Positions 36,804 to 45,670 of a stretch of DNA of 64,000 bases are shown here, piece by piece (the stretch's first letter is position 1; each line of letters starts with the position of its first letter). The notes beneath the pieces were generated by a model, which saw only the letters and a program-made list of their open reading frames with translations, searched no databases and was not told the DNA's origin. The position numbers and the translations under genes were made by a program. The stretch is from an uncultured Candidatus Binatia bacterium (GTDB lineage: Bacteria; Desulfobacterota; Binatia; Bin18). Location: positions 3,029,875-3,093,874 of the forward strand of contig CBDCPK010000005.1 in NCBI GenBank assembly GCA_965220195.1, in the 5' to 3' direction.

Positions 36804-36863
36804 CGTTACCCCTTCAATGAACGCCGAACACCTGCTCACCCACTTCGACCGCCTCGCCGACGC
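36804..36863 (+). repeat. Direct repeat 2: authentic 5' end of hsdS
   Basis: Partner of 36006-36065. Contains the hsdS start codon at 36817. Confidence 0.7.
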
Positions 36864-38532
36864 ACCGGACGCTATTCCGCGCTTGCGCCGGTTTATTCTT
36901 GATCTGGCGGTACGCGGCAAGCTGGTGGAGCAGGACCCGGAGGATGAGCCGGCGGGGGAGCTGTTGAAGCGGATTACGCCTGAGAAGCAACGACTTGTGG
37001 CTGAGGGGAAATTCAAATCGCTAGATACTACCGAATTCGATAATGGAGCAGAGAATGTTTCATTCTCAATCCCTGCTAATTGGGTGTGGTGTCGCCTGGA
37101 TGATATAGCAGCAATTGCCAGAGGCGGGTCGCCACGACCCATCAAAGCTTATCTCACGGATGACAGGGACGGCATCAACTGGATAAAGATCGGCGATTCA
37201 GAGAGAGGCAGTATCTACATAAACGAGACGAAAGAAAAAATTCGGCCTGACGGCCTAAAGAAATCAAGAATGGTCTTCCCCAATGATCTGATTCTATCGA
37301 ACTCTATGAGTTTTGGTTATCCATATATCTTGAATATTCAAGGATGCATACACGACGGATGGTTAGTCATACGAACTCCAGATGGTTTGTTGGATAAACT
37401 GTTTCTCTACAATTTGCTCCTTTCAAGCCATTCTAGGAACACGTTTTCAAATGCTGCGGCAGGGGCAGTAGTACAAAATCTAAATGCGGATAAGGTGCGG
37501 AGGCTTTCCATCCCCCTCCCACCCCTTGCCGAACAACACCGCATCGTCGCCAAAGTTGATGAACTGATGGCCCTGTGTGACCGGCTGGAAACAGCGCGGG
37601 AGGAGCGGGAAGCGACACGCAACCGACTGGCAACGGCAAGCCTCGCCCGCCTCAACGCACCCGACCCCGACCCGGCGGTCTTTCAGAACCACACGGCCTT
37701 TGCCCTCAACAACCTCACTCCGCTTACTACCCGTCCAGACCAGATCAAGGCGCTACGTCAGACCATCCTTAACTTGGCGGCACGGGGGAAGCTGGTGGAG
37801 CAGGACCCGGAGGATGAACCGGCGGGGGAACTGTTGAGAAAAGTAGCTGAGACCCGGAAGGCTCTAGTCGCTGAACGTAAAATGAAGCGTTCAAAGGACC
37901 TGCCGCCAGTAGAGGATCAAGAGATTAAGTTTGGTATACCAGCAGGATGGGCCGTTACTCGTATGGGCGTCGCGTATGACGTTCGTGACGGAACTCATGA
38001 CTCACCGAGGTACGTTGATGAGGGGTATCCACTTATCACTAGCAAAAACCTATCTTCCGGGTACTTATCCTTTGACGAGACGAAATTGATTAGCGAAGAG
38101 GACTACATTAAAATCTCGCAGCGATCTGCAGTCGTAAAAGGCGATATACTTTTGGCGATGATTGGGAGCATCGGAAATCCAGTGATCGTCGATACTGATC
38201 AACCATTCGCAATCAAAAATGTCGCCCTGCTAAAATATTTTGATCCAGACTATTCTAATCCCAGATTTTTACGGTTTTTCCTTCTAAATGCTGCTAACGA
38301 GATGAAGGCTCTTGCTGCCGGTGGTTTGCAACCATTCGTCTCACTTAGTTTCCTGCGAAACTATCCTCTTGCTCTTCCGCCGCTTGCCGAACAACACCGC
38401 ATTGTTGCCAAGGTTGATGAACTGATGGCGGTGTGTGACCGGTTGGAGGCGAGCCTTGCTGGGGGTGAGGAGACGCGGGGGCGGTTGGTGGAAGCGGTGT
38501 TACATGAGGCGTTGGCGCCAGAGTTGCACTGA
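36817..38532 (+). CDS. hsdS: Type I restriction-modification specificity subunit (HsdS)
   Basis: Two target-recognition domains. The duplicated conserved regions LAxRGKLVEQDPEDEPAGELL and LPPLAEQHRIVAKVDELMAxCDRLE each occur twice. Confidence 0.85.
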   Translation: MNAEHLLTHFDRLADAPDAIPRLRRFILDLAVRGKLVEQDPEDEPAGELLKRITPEKQRLVAEGKFKSLDTTEFDNGAENVSFSIPANWVWCRLDDIAAIARGGSPRPIKAYLTDDRDGINWIKIGDSERGSIYINETKEKIRPDGLKKSRMVFPNDLILSNSMSFGYPYILNIQGCIHDGWLVIRTPDGLLDKLFLYNLLLSSHSRNTFSNAAAGAVVQNLNADKVRRLSIPLPPLAEQHRIVAKVDELMALCDRLETAREEREATRNRLATASLARLNAPDPDPAVFQNHTAFALNNLTPLTTRPDQIKALRQTILNLAARGKLVEQDPEDEPAGELLRKVAETRKALVAERKMKRSKDLPPVEDQEIKFGIPAGWAVTRMGVAYDVRDGTHDSPRYVDEGYPLITSKNLSSGYLSFDETKLISEEDYIKISQRSAVVKGDILLAMIGSIGNPVIVDTDQPFAIKNVALLKYFDPDYSNPRFLRFFLLNAANEMKALAAGGLQPFVSLSFLRNYPLALPPLAEQHRIVAKVDELMAVCDRLEASLAGGEETRGRLVEAVLHEALAPELH

Positions 38533-38601
38533 CGATATTCTTAACTTAGTTACATGCGAATTATCCGTCTACGAACGATAGCGGATTGTAGAAGGTGATG
38601 G

Positions 38602-39894
38602 ATGGAACTAGAGAAGATAAAAAGCGTGGATGAGTACCTACGCTCTTTACAATCTTTGCGCAATGCACATGCCTACAGGTATAGGGGACAATCTAACAGT
38701 GCATGGCCGGTATGCTCCTCATGGGCTCGCGCATTTAAAGGCCAAACACATTGGGACTGCCTTTCCTACCATTCAGACCTGATACGCGATTTTCCTTCCT
38801 TTGATTCTCTACCTGGATACGTAAGAGACCTTTCCAGAGAGAATCCGAGTCTTCTTACAGATTGGGATAAAGTAGCAATTATACAGCATTATGGAGGTGA
38901 GACTGGAAAAAAGACTATACTGACCGACTTTACTATAAGGCCGCTTATTGCCCTATGGTTCGCTTGTCAAGAAAAGGAGCACCGGAAAGAAGACGGAAAA
39001 GTCTTTGCTGTTTCAATTGATATTTTAGACGAGGTAGGGCTCCCGCATATCGATGATTATATTCGGGGCAACCATTCAGATTTGTACACTCTCGATAGAT
39101 CGTACCTATTTCCTACAAGTTTTCAGTACAATCCCAGAGGCAATACCAGAAGTCCTCACAAAAGCTATGTTTCTCGGATCGATAAGCAAGCATCATCCTT
39201 TGTCCTAGGGATTGAGAGGGTTGAGGAGGCTAAATGCAAATCAGTCATAATTGAGGCCAGCAGCAAGAAGCGAATACTCAATGAGTTGCGCTACTTTTTC
39301 TCCATATCAGAGAAAGCGCTCATGGATGATTGGTATGCTCTTGGCGAGGCTGTAGCGAACGGCAAGGAGGTGTCTACCGACGGTTTTACCGATGCTGAGT
39401 ACTATAACTTAGCGAAGGATATTAGTTTGTTACATAGACAACCGAGGGCTGGGCGTCCTTATTTTGAGGAAGCCCTCCAATACTGGCATTCTCAGAGAGA
39501 TCGTAGAGAGGCAATGGTTAAAGCCAGTTACTCTGATGACGCCGACCGAGAAAGAGTGCGTTGTTACATGAATCAAGCAGGAGCGCACTATTACATGAAT
39601 ACGGCTTGGACGATCTACTGTCTTGAGGATGCAGATGAGGGGGAGACACGGCGTGCTTGTGGTTATGCCCACAAGGGTTTTGATATGGCTAGCTATGATC
39701 CACAGCGTCCCGGATTCGCTGTAGTCTATGCCCTTTGTCTACTGAGATTGAATAAGGAAAAAGCCGCATACGATTTATGCAGGAGAGAACTCGATTTCTA
39801 CGAGCACTCTGCCCCCGCCTTCTGTACGGGCAAGAATTCTCCTTCTATTGATAAATTGAGAAGGATAGTGAACATTTATGAGGCTCACCATTAG
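38602..39894 (+). CDS. FRG-domain protein
   Basis: The N-terminal YRYRGQSNSAWPV motif is the FRG signature. Low G+C. GAAGGTGA RBS. Confidence 0.65.
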   Translation: MELEKIKSVDEYLRSLQSLRNAHAYRYRGQSNSAWPVCSSWARAFKGQTHWDCLSYHSDLIRDFPSFDSLPGYVRDLSRENPSLLTDWDKVAIIQHYGGETGKKTILTDFTIRPLIALWFACQEKEHRKEDGKVFAVSIDILDEVGLPHIDDYIRGNHSDLYTLDRSYLFPTSFQYNPRGNTRSPHKSYVSRIDKQASSFVLGIERVEEAKCKSVIIEASSKKRILNELRYFFSISEKALMDDWYALGEAVANGKEVSTDGFTDAEYYNLAKDISLLHRQPRAGRPYFEEALQYWHSQRDRREAMVKASYSDDADRERVRCYMNQAGAHYYMNTAWTIYCLEDADEGETRRACGYAHKGFDMASYDPQRPGFAVVYALCLLRLNKEKAAYDLCRRELDFYEHSAPAFCTGKNSPSIDKLRRIVNIYEAHH

Positions 39895-40080
39895 CAATCT
39901 CTCATTGATTAACTAGACGCTCACACCTCTGGCAACCCAACCCCACGAACTCCACAAAATTTCCCTAGAAGCAGCCTGACTTCATCTGGACGATTTTCAC
40001 TTGTCCGATTGCGAGCGGATGGGATGCAAGCCAGGGACTCCTTCACCCTCACCCTCTATAGGGGAGAGAGAATAGGACAG

Positions 40081-40125
40081 GGACAGGGCTGGGAATGTCG
40101 GATTACGCCGCCGGTTCATCCGACC
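40081..40125 (+). repeat. 45-bp direct repeat, copy a (GGGAATGTCGGATTACGCC...)
   Basis: About 85 percent identical to 41703-41745 in the same orientation. Confidence 0.55.
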
Positions 40126-40183
40126 TACGGGACGCTCTTGAAGCCGTTGACAACATGTCCCATATCCGGGACACTATTCTTCC

Positions 40184-40516
40184 GTGAGGCCCGCCTTCTT
40201 TCATCCCAAAGCGAGAGACATCTTGCGGACTTTTCCAGAAACAGTACGAAAAGAGTTGGGCAAGGCTATTATAGATTTGCAGAAAGGGGCTTCTGTAGGC
40301 CCGCCCCTCTCTCGGCCTATGCCGTCCGTGGCTCTAGGGACAAATGAACTCAGAATCCGTGATCGTACGGGAATTTATCGAACCTTTTACTATACAAAGG
40401 CAGCGCGTGGGGTCTTGATCTTTCACGCGTTTATTAAAAAGACGCAGAAAACGCCGTTACGAGAGATTGAGACCGGAAGGAAACGGCTTAAGGAGATGCT
40501 CCATGAACTCAGCTAA
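40184..40516 (+). CDS. higB: HigB-like toxin (RelE/ParE superfamily, Gp49-like)
   Basis: LRIRDRTGIYRTFYYTKAARGVLIFHAFIKKTQK matches the Gp49/HigB family. GTG start. Confidence 0.65.
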   Translation: MRPAFFHPKARDILRTFPETVRKELGKAIIDLQKGASVGPPLSRPMPSVALGTNELRIRDRTGIYRTFYYTKAARGVLIFHAFIKKTQKTPLREIETGRKRLKEMLHELS

Positions 40517-40802
40517 ACCTGTCGTTGCAGAAGACGCGACTGCGCTGGCGGAAATTTTAGGACTGACTCCCATTGATGGAGCGGAAATCCAGTTGCGGAG
40601 CGACTTGAATGACAAAATTATTGAGGTTGTGGAGAAAAGCGGACTCACCCACGCTCAGGTTGCCAAACTGGCTCGGACTTCCCGGTCCCGTATGACGGCA
40701 ATTCTCAACCGTAATACCCAAGATGTCTCTACTGACCTGATGCTCCGCATCATGGCCGGCTTAGGCTATCGGGCCAAACTGACCTTCTCACGGGTGGCGT
40801 AG
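40503..40802 (+). CDS. higA: HigA-like XRE-family HTH antitoxin
   Basis: HTH motif LTHAQVAKLARTSRSRMTAIL. ATGA overlap with the higB stop. Confidence 0.7.
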   Translation: MNSAKPVVAEDATALAEILGLTPIDGAEIQLRSDLNDKIIEVVEKSGLTHAQVAKLARTSRSRMTAILNRNTQDVSTDLMLRIMAGLGYRAKLTFSRVA

Positions 40803-40986
40803 CCGACTTCTTCAGCCCCGTAGCCTCCGTCTCATCCGACCTCTGGAACTCAGCGGGTTCGTTGCCTGATATGGACTAGGCGGAAGATGGCACATCTAAG
40901 AAGTTGACAAGCTAATTTGAGACGCATATGGTTTTGCTGTGACTGACAGAGTTGCCTGAGCGACTCGCTGAAGTCAGTCGCCTTCA

Positions 40987-41020
40987 ACGCTAACTTTTGG
41001 TGGTTAGCGTTTTTCTTTTT
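40987..41020 (+). terminator. Rho-independent terminator (8-bp stem ACGCTAAC/GTTAGCGT plus T-run)
   Basis: Perfect 8-bp stem with an 8-nt loop, followed by TTTTTCTTTTT. The same bases encode the Lys-rich C-terminal tail of the convergent minus-strand PIN gene. Confidence 0.5.
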
Positions 41021-41292
41021 ACGGATTTTCCCGGTCGGTTTTTTCTTGTCTTTTTGTCATCCAGGTCGGTCAGGAGCCTGTCGATTTCGTCGTCTGTCCG
41101 TCCGTGGAGCCGGACGAGACGCGGACGGCGCAACACGGACGAATACTCGTTGAGCAGGTCGTCCGACATGAGGTAAAGGAGGTCGCCATCAAGCATGGCG
41201 TCCAGTATCCGTGCTGGGGGACTGCTCGAATCCGCGCCGATCAGCCCCGAAACGATGACATTGGTGTCGATAATACAAGCCTTCGGCGTCAT
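40990..41292 (-). CDS. PIN-domain toxin (VapC-like)
   Basis: ACIIDTNVIVSGL PIN N-terminal signature. Basic C-terminal tail. Confidence 0.7.
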   Translation of the reverse strand: MTPKACIIDTNVIVSGLIGADSSSPPARILDAMLDGDLLYLMSDDLLNEYSSVLRRPRLVRLHGRTDDEIDRLLTDLDDKKTRKNRPGKSVKRKTLTTKS

Positions 41293-41334
41293 CGGCTCTC
41301 TTCCGCACCTCTCGAACTTGGCCGCTGACGCCGC

Positions 41335-41580
41335 TCAGCGCGACTGCTCGTCACGAAAACGTCTTGTTTCCTCGACTGCCAGGGCCATCGCGTCGGGAGC
41401 GTTCAATCCAAACTGCGCTCGCGCCTTGGCGACAATCTCCTTGGCGGTATCGTAGGGTCGGATCCCTCTCAGTTCCAGGCTTTCCTCGATGATTGAAGCC
41501 ATGGAACGATTCTGCCGGGCCGCCGCTTCCTTCAGTGCCCGGTGTGTCCGGTCGGCTAAACTGATGGTCAGGCGGGGCAT
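41335..41580 (-). CDS. Ribbon-helix-helix antitoxin partnering the PIN toxin
   Basis: MPRLTISLADRTHRALKEAAARQNRSMASIIEESL is an RHH fold. Located upstream of the toxin on the same strand. Confidence 0.6.
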   Translation of the reverse strand: MPRLTISLADRTHRALKEAAARQNRSMASIIEESLELRGIRPYDTAKEIVAKARAQFGLNAPDAMALAVEETRRFRDEQSR

Positions 41581-41702
41581 GAGGATACACTCCTGTTCAT
41601 AAGCGCCGATTCAATGCTGCAAGCACCATAACACCATACCGACAATCTACATGTCCCACTCTTCAAAGGGAACTCTCCCCCTCGCGAGTCTCGGGGATGT
41701 CG

Positions 41703-41745
41703 GATTACGCCCCCGGCTCATCCAACCTATAGGGCTATGGGCGAC
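41703..41745 (+). repeat. 45-bp direct repeat, copy b (GGGGATGTCGGATTACGCC...)
   Basis: Partner of 40081-40125. Confidence 0.55.
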
Positions 41746-41861
41746 CCGACTCCCCTCTCGGGACGTGTAATACATATTAGGCTGTGACCGATGGAGTAGG
41801 TCCCTCTGAAAGCGGAGTCAACAGGGGCTGGGGGAGAGCGACGGGGTTCATTGCATCGTAT

Positions 41862-44510
41862 TCAACGTCGTTTCTCGGTAAACTCTTGTCGGATTTCTGT
41901 CACGGTATCCCTGATCTCCGCAGGTAGGGGTTCAAGTTCTTCGCCCAATTCTTCCCGTACAGCGTGCCAGAGCGGCTCCATTGGCTCGGCCAGTCCGGCT
42001 TCCTCCATTATCTGCTTGACGCGCGGGCCGTGGCCGGCGGCGACGGCCCGGATCAACGACTCTGTTAAACTAGGCCATTCCTGTTCCTGGAAGTCGCCGC
42101 CGATGCGTAGCGCGTGTTCGATCTGGTCCAGCGCTTCTGTCCATTGGCCACGATGAGCCAAGACATCGGAGAGCGTTTGAAAAGTGCTCGGATTCTTCGG
42201 CCCCAGTTCTATCGCGCGGCGGGCGCATTCCTCGGCCTCCAGCAGACGCGCGGCGTCATTCTGGTCAAGAATCGCTGTTGCCAGAATACGCCATGCTTCA
42301 TCATACGTCGGTGCGATATCCGTCGCCCTTCTACAACCAGCTTCCGCTTCATCGTGCCTTCCAAGTACGTTCGATAACCGACCGCCAGCTATCAGCCATT
42401 TTGCGACTGGACGACGTAGTTCCATCGGGTCGTTTGAGCGTACATAATCCGAGGAACGTTGAAAAATGGCGGCTACGTCTTCGTACCGTTTCAGGCCACC
42501 AATGCTAATGGCTTTTCTGCCTAGCGCTCTAATGGCTACATCACGCAGTTCCTTTGGGTCCTCCGTGCGGACATACTCGGTGGTCCGCTCCCAAGCAGCG
42601 GTGGCTTTTTCGTTGCGTCCCAGCTTGGCAAGAAGGTCACCCTTGGCGTTGAACGCCTCGGCGGCCAATTGGCGTAAGTCCACAGAGTCATCTGGATGGA
42701 CGTATTCCGTGACACGCTGCCAAGCAGCGATAGCCTCTTCATGACGACCCAATTTGGTGAGAGCCATGCTGTTGGTCCCGTGAGCCCAGGCGGCCATGTT
42801 GCGCAATTCTACCGAGTCATCCGGACGGATATATTCCGATGCCTGCTCCCATGTGGCGATGGCGTCTTCGTGCCGCTCCAGTTGGAAAAAAGCAAGGCCC
42901 TTGCTTGCCAATGCCGCGACGACTACGCCGCGTAATTCTGGCGAACCAGACGGACTCGTCTGCTCCAAGACACGATCGGAGGCGGCTATGGCGTCTTTGA
43001 AACGGCCCTCTTCAATCAGCGTGACGCTGCGTTCCACCCACTCGACAAGACGCTCTAGGCTTGCTTTATCTTGGCCTGCAAACGCCTCCTGAATTTTCTC
43101 AACGACCGGCGCGTTCGGACTGATAAAGTTCTTAGCAAGATCGAGCGCCTCGCGTTGCCAGTCCTCCCGCCCTTTGAAGTCCGTATCTCCAGCTACGTAG
43201 CCAGCCAGGATGGTGAGCCAATCGGACGCTTCTCCGCCGTGTGAGCCGTTCACTCGTAACGCCGACAGTACCGCCGGATACATCATCCGCATTCCGGATG
43301 GACCGAAAAGATCGTGAAGGAAGGCGACGAGTCGCTCTAAGCGGTGCCGGCCTGCACGCGAGAAGCGTAGCAGATAGTAGATGTTGTAAAATCGATCGCT
43401 GACTTCATATCGTATCCGCTTTGCTCCTCGTAGCCGGATCTCTTTTGCATAGCCCTTTTCCATAAGTTGCTTGAGTTGGGCGCTAGCGTGCGAGGAGTTT
43501 AGATTCGCGGCGTCGGCAACCTCCCTCGCCAGCATCGGCTTCCATCCCTCCGCGAGACAGTGAAATACTTTGCGGGACTGACCCGGTAATTCCTCGATCC
43601 GGGCTTTGAAATAAGGCGTCTGTTCGTCGATGAGCCGTTCCAGATCCTCAAAGGCAGAGCCGAGCGGCGATTCGATCAGGAGCCGACAGGCAAGAACCAG
43701 CAACCGCGGGTTCCCGCCCGTCAGCCGACGCAGGGTCTCCAGCCGGCCACGTTCATGACGCAGGGTTTCCGCAATTCCTGGCTTGCCGTCGCAAGCCGCG
43801 AGTGTTTCAAGTATGCGGAGAGTCTCTTCCTGCCCCAGACCTTCGAGCAGGAAGAGCCGGAAGAACTCGTAAAACGGCTCGCCGTGTCCTCGGATGGCTT
43901 CGAAGACGGCGTTAGCAGAACCGACCAACAGGATATTCGGACATTCAATCAGACTGGCCCGCAACGCGTGAACTTCGCGCTCGTCGCGCAACTGCTCGAA
44001 GACGGCGTCGAGGTTCTCGACGAACAGGATCAACCGTTTGCCGCTTGCCCGGCAAAAGTCCATAAGCGCTGCGAGCGCGTACGCGGCGAGCCGTTCCGTG
44101 TCTCTTTCGTCCTGGGCTAGAGCGTTGGCTCTGTCCTCCCACTGCGAGTCCTCGGTGGCGCGGGTCAGATGGCGCAGAGCGACAAGCCAGAAGTCCGCCA
44201 AGTTACCGACATCGTAGCTTTCCTCGTAGAACGGGACGGGTTGCCAGTTCGCGGCAAGGTCGGGCGACTCTCCAACTGCGTGCAGAAACCGTAGCCCAAG
44301 GGTAGTTTTTCCCATTCCGCGCGGGCCGATGAGCAGCATATGCTGACACGGTCGTCCGCGCTGCTGCTCGCGAATCAGGCGGAGCATCTCTGCGAGAGTT
44401 TTTTTACGAGCGACGAACGACGCCTTCAACTCGTCAGGAGTAAGCTGGGCCGGGTTGTACAGACGCTGGCGGATCATGACGCGACACTCCCGTGGTATTT
44501 CCGCCACCAT
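41862..44510 (-). CDS. STAND-like P-loop NTPase with winged-helix and C-terminal TPR array (882 aa)
   Basis: Walker A GPRGMGKTT. Walker B hhhhD(VEN)LD. Winged-helix region. At least 8 TPR-like repeats with a recurring A..W/Y..A pattern. An alternative start at 44477 gives a 4-bp overlap with the upstream gene. Confidence 0.7.
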   Translation of the reverse strand: MVAEIPRECRVMIRQRLYNPAQLTPDELKASFVARKKTLAEMLRLIREQQRGRPCQHMLLIGPRGMGKTTLGLRFLHAVGESPDLAANWQPVPFYEESYDVGNLADFWLVALRHLTRATEDSQWEDRANALAQDERDTERLAAYALAALMDFCRASGKRLILFVENLDAVFEQLRDEREVHALRASLIECPNILLVGSANAVFEAIRGHGEPFYEFFRLFLLEGLGQEETLRILETLAACDGKPGIAETLRHERGRLETLRRLTGGNPRLLVLACRLLIESPLGSAFEDLERLIDEQTPYFKARIEELPGQSRKVFHCLAEGWKPMLAREVADAANLNSSHASAQLKQLMEKGYAKEIRLRGAKRIRYEVSDRFYNIYYLLRFSRAGRHRLERLVAFLHDLFGPSGMRMMYPAVLSALRVNGSHGGEASDWLTILAGYVAGDTDFKGREDWQREALDLAKNFISPNAPVVEKIQEAFAGQDKASLERLVEWVERSVTLIEEGRFKDAIAASDRVLEQTSPSGSPELRGVVVAALASKGLAFFQLERHEDAIATWEQASEYIRPDDSVELRNMAAWAHGTNSMALTKLGRHEEAIAAWQRVTEYVHPDDSVDLRQLAAEAFNAKGDLLAKLGRNEKATAAWERTTEYVRTEDPKELRDVAIRALGRKAISIGGLKRYEDVAAIFQRSSDYVRSNDPMELRRPVAKWLIAGGRLSNVLGRHDEAEAGCRRATDIAPTYDEAWRILATAILDQNDAARLLEAEECARRAIELGPKNPSTFQTLSDVLAHRGQWTEALDQIEHALRIGGDFQEQEWPSLTESLIRAVAAGHGPRVKQIMEEAGLAEPMEPLWHAVREELGEELEPLPAEIRDTVTEIRQEFTEKRR

Positions 44511-45670
44511 TCCCGCAAGAGATTCGAGCGGAATTTCAGGTGACTGTCTTCCTGTTTTACGTAACCGTCGGCCTCCAGGTCGCGGAGCACGGACTGGAAC
44601 GTTTGCTCGTTGCGCTGTCGCAACTCTTCGAGTTCCGCGAGAGCCACACCGTCCTCTCGCCGGCAGACGCGGCTCAGGATATCACGTGCCGCTTCGTGTT
44701 CGTTCTCGTCAAATGCAATTTCGAGGCGCGCTGCATAATGGTCCAGATGGGCGGTGCCACTGGCTCCCGCCAGACGTTCCGCGAAACACCGCTCAATCAC
44801 TTCCAACGAAACGTGAGAAGCTTCGCCTCTGCAAGCATCGCGAAGCGCCGAGAAGAAAAGCTGAACATGGTACGGAACGGGCTCCCGCAGCAGGTCCAGG
44901 ATATGCGTGATAGCTTTTTCGTCGAGAGGAAAACTAGAATCACCGCCCAGCCCTTTCAGAAATTCGACAGCGGTCGGCCTGTTCCACGAGTCCAGGCGGA
45001 ACGGAGAGAGATCGTTAATCAGCCCTGAAAGGCCCGCGCGGCGCAGGACTCCTTCAAGTCCGATCGATCCGCCGACAAGTGTACGGACCCTGGTGCGCAA
45101 TTCTGGCGCTTGGCGCCAAGACCGAAGCCTGGACAGTAGTAATTCAGCATCATGTTTCCGCTCCTCATTCCGCAGCATCCGCGAAAGGAGGAGCGGTAGT
45201 TCATCAATGATGATCAGAAGATTCCCGCCGGTGTCCGGCAGGCTCGTCAGGCGCGCCGTGAGTTGGTCCGCAGCGTGGTCCCACTCACGGCCAATCGCCC
45301 GTCTGAGTTCGACACGCACTATGCCAGTATCAACACTGGCGGACAGGCGTCCAAAGACACCCTTGATGGCGTTCGAGAATGGAATCGCCTCGAAACGGCT
45401 TCGATATTGAGGATTGGCTGCCAGAGCAGCGATAATCGCCGCCATGCAGTCCGCCGGGTCGTCCCCACTTTCAACATCCACATAGATGACATCCCAGTTC
45501 TCGCGCGGCGCGCGGCGGAGCTCCAGCATTAAGCTGGTCTTGCCCACCCGCCTGGGGGCGAGCATTAGAATGTGCTCTCCTTGTTCCAGCTTTTCCCAGA
45601 GGCGGGCTATCTCGTAATCTCGTCCATAGAGGTCGTCGCCGACGACTGCCTGGCCAGTGACGTTGCGCAT
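44474..45670 (-). CDS. AAA+/ATPase_2-type P-loop ATPase with C-terminal winged-helix-like region (398 aa)
   Basis: Walker A APRRVGKTS. Walker B LLIIIDE. Same family architecture as the N-terminal half of the downstream gene. AGGAGA RBS and an AT-rich promoter with a TTGCCAAAAA duplication. Confidence 0.7.
   Translation of the reverse strand: MRNVTGQAVVGDDLYGRDYEIARLWEKLEQGEHILMLAPRRVGKTSLMLELRRAPRENWDVIYVDVESGDDPADCMAAIIAALAANPQYRSRFEAIPFSNAIKGVFGRLSASVDTGIVRVELRRAIGREWDHAADQLTARLTSLPDTGGNLLIIIDELPLLLSRMLRNEERKHDAELLLSRLRSWRQAPELRTRVRTLVGGSIGLEGVLRRAGLSGLINDLSPFRLDSWNRPTAVEFLKGLGGDSSFPLDEKAITHILDLLREPVPYHVQLFFSALRDACRGEASHVSLEVIERCFAERLAGASGTAHLDHYAARLEIAFDENEHEAARDILSRVCRREDGVALAELEELRQRNEQTFQSVLRDLEADGYVKQEDSHLKFRSNLLREWWRKYHGSVAS

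Noticed and set aside
40009-40347. 112-aa plus-strand ORF overlapping the higB region
   Set aside because: It is in a different frame from the HigB-like ORF, which has family-specific motifs, and it reads through the G-rich repeat and the direct repeat.
41195-41455. Plus-strand ORFs across both antitoxin copies (41195-41455 and 45841-46092)
   Set aside because: They are antisense translations of the RHH antitoxin gene and of its truncated duplicate. Their similarity to each other just reflects the DNA repeat.
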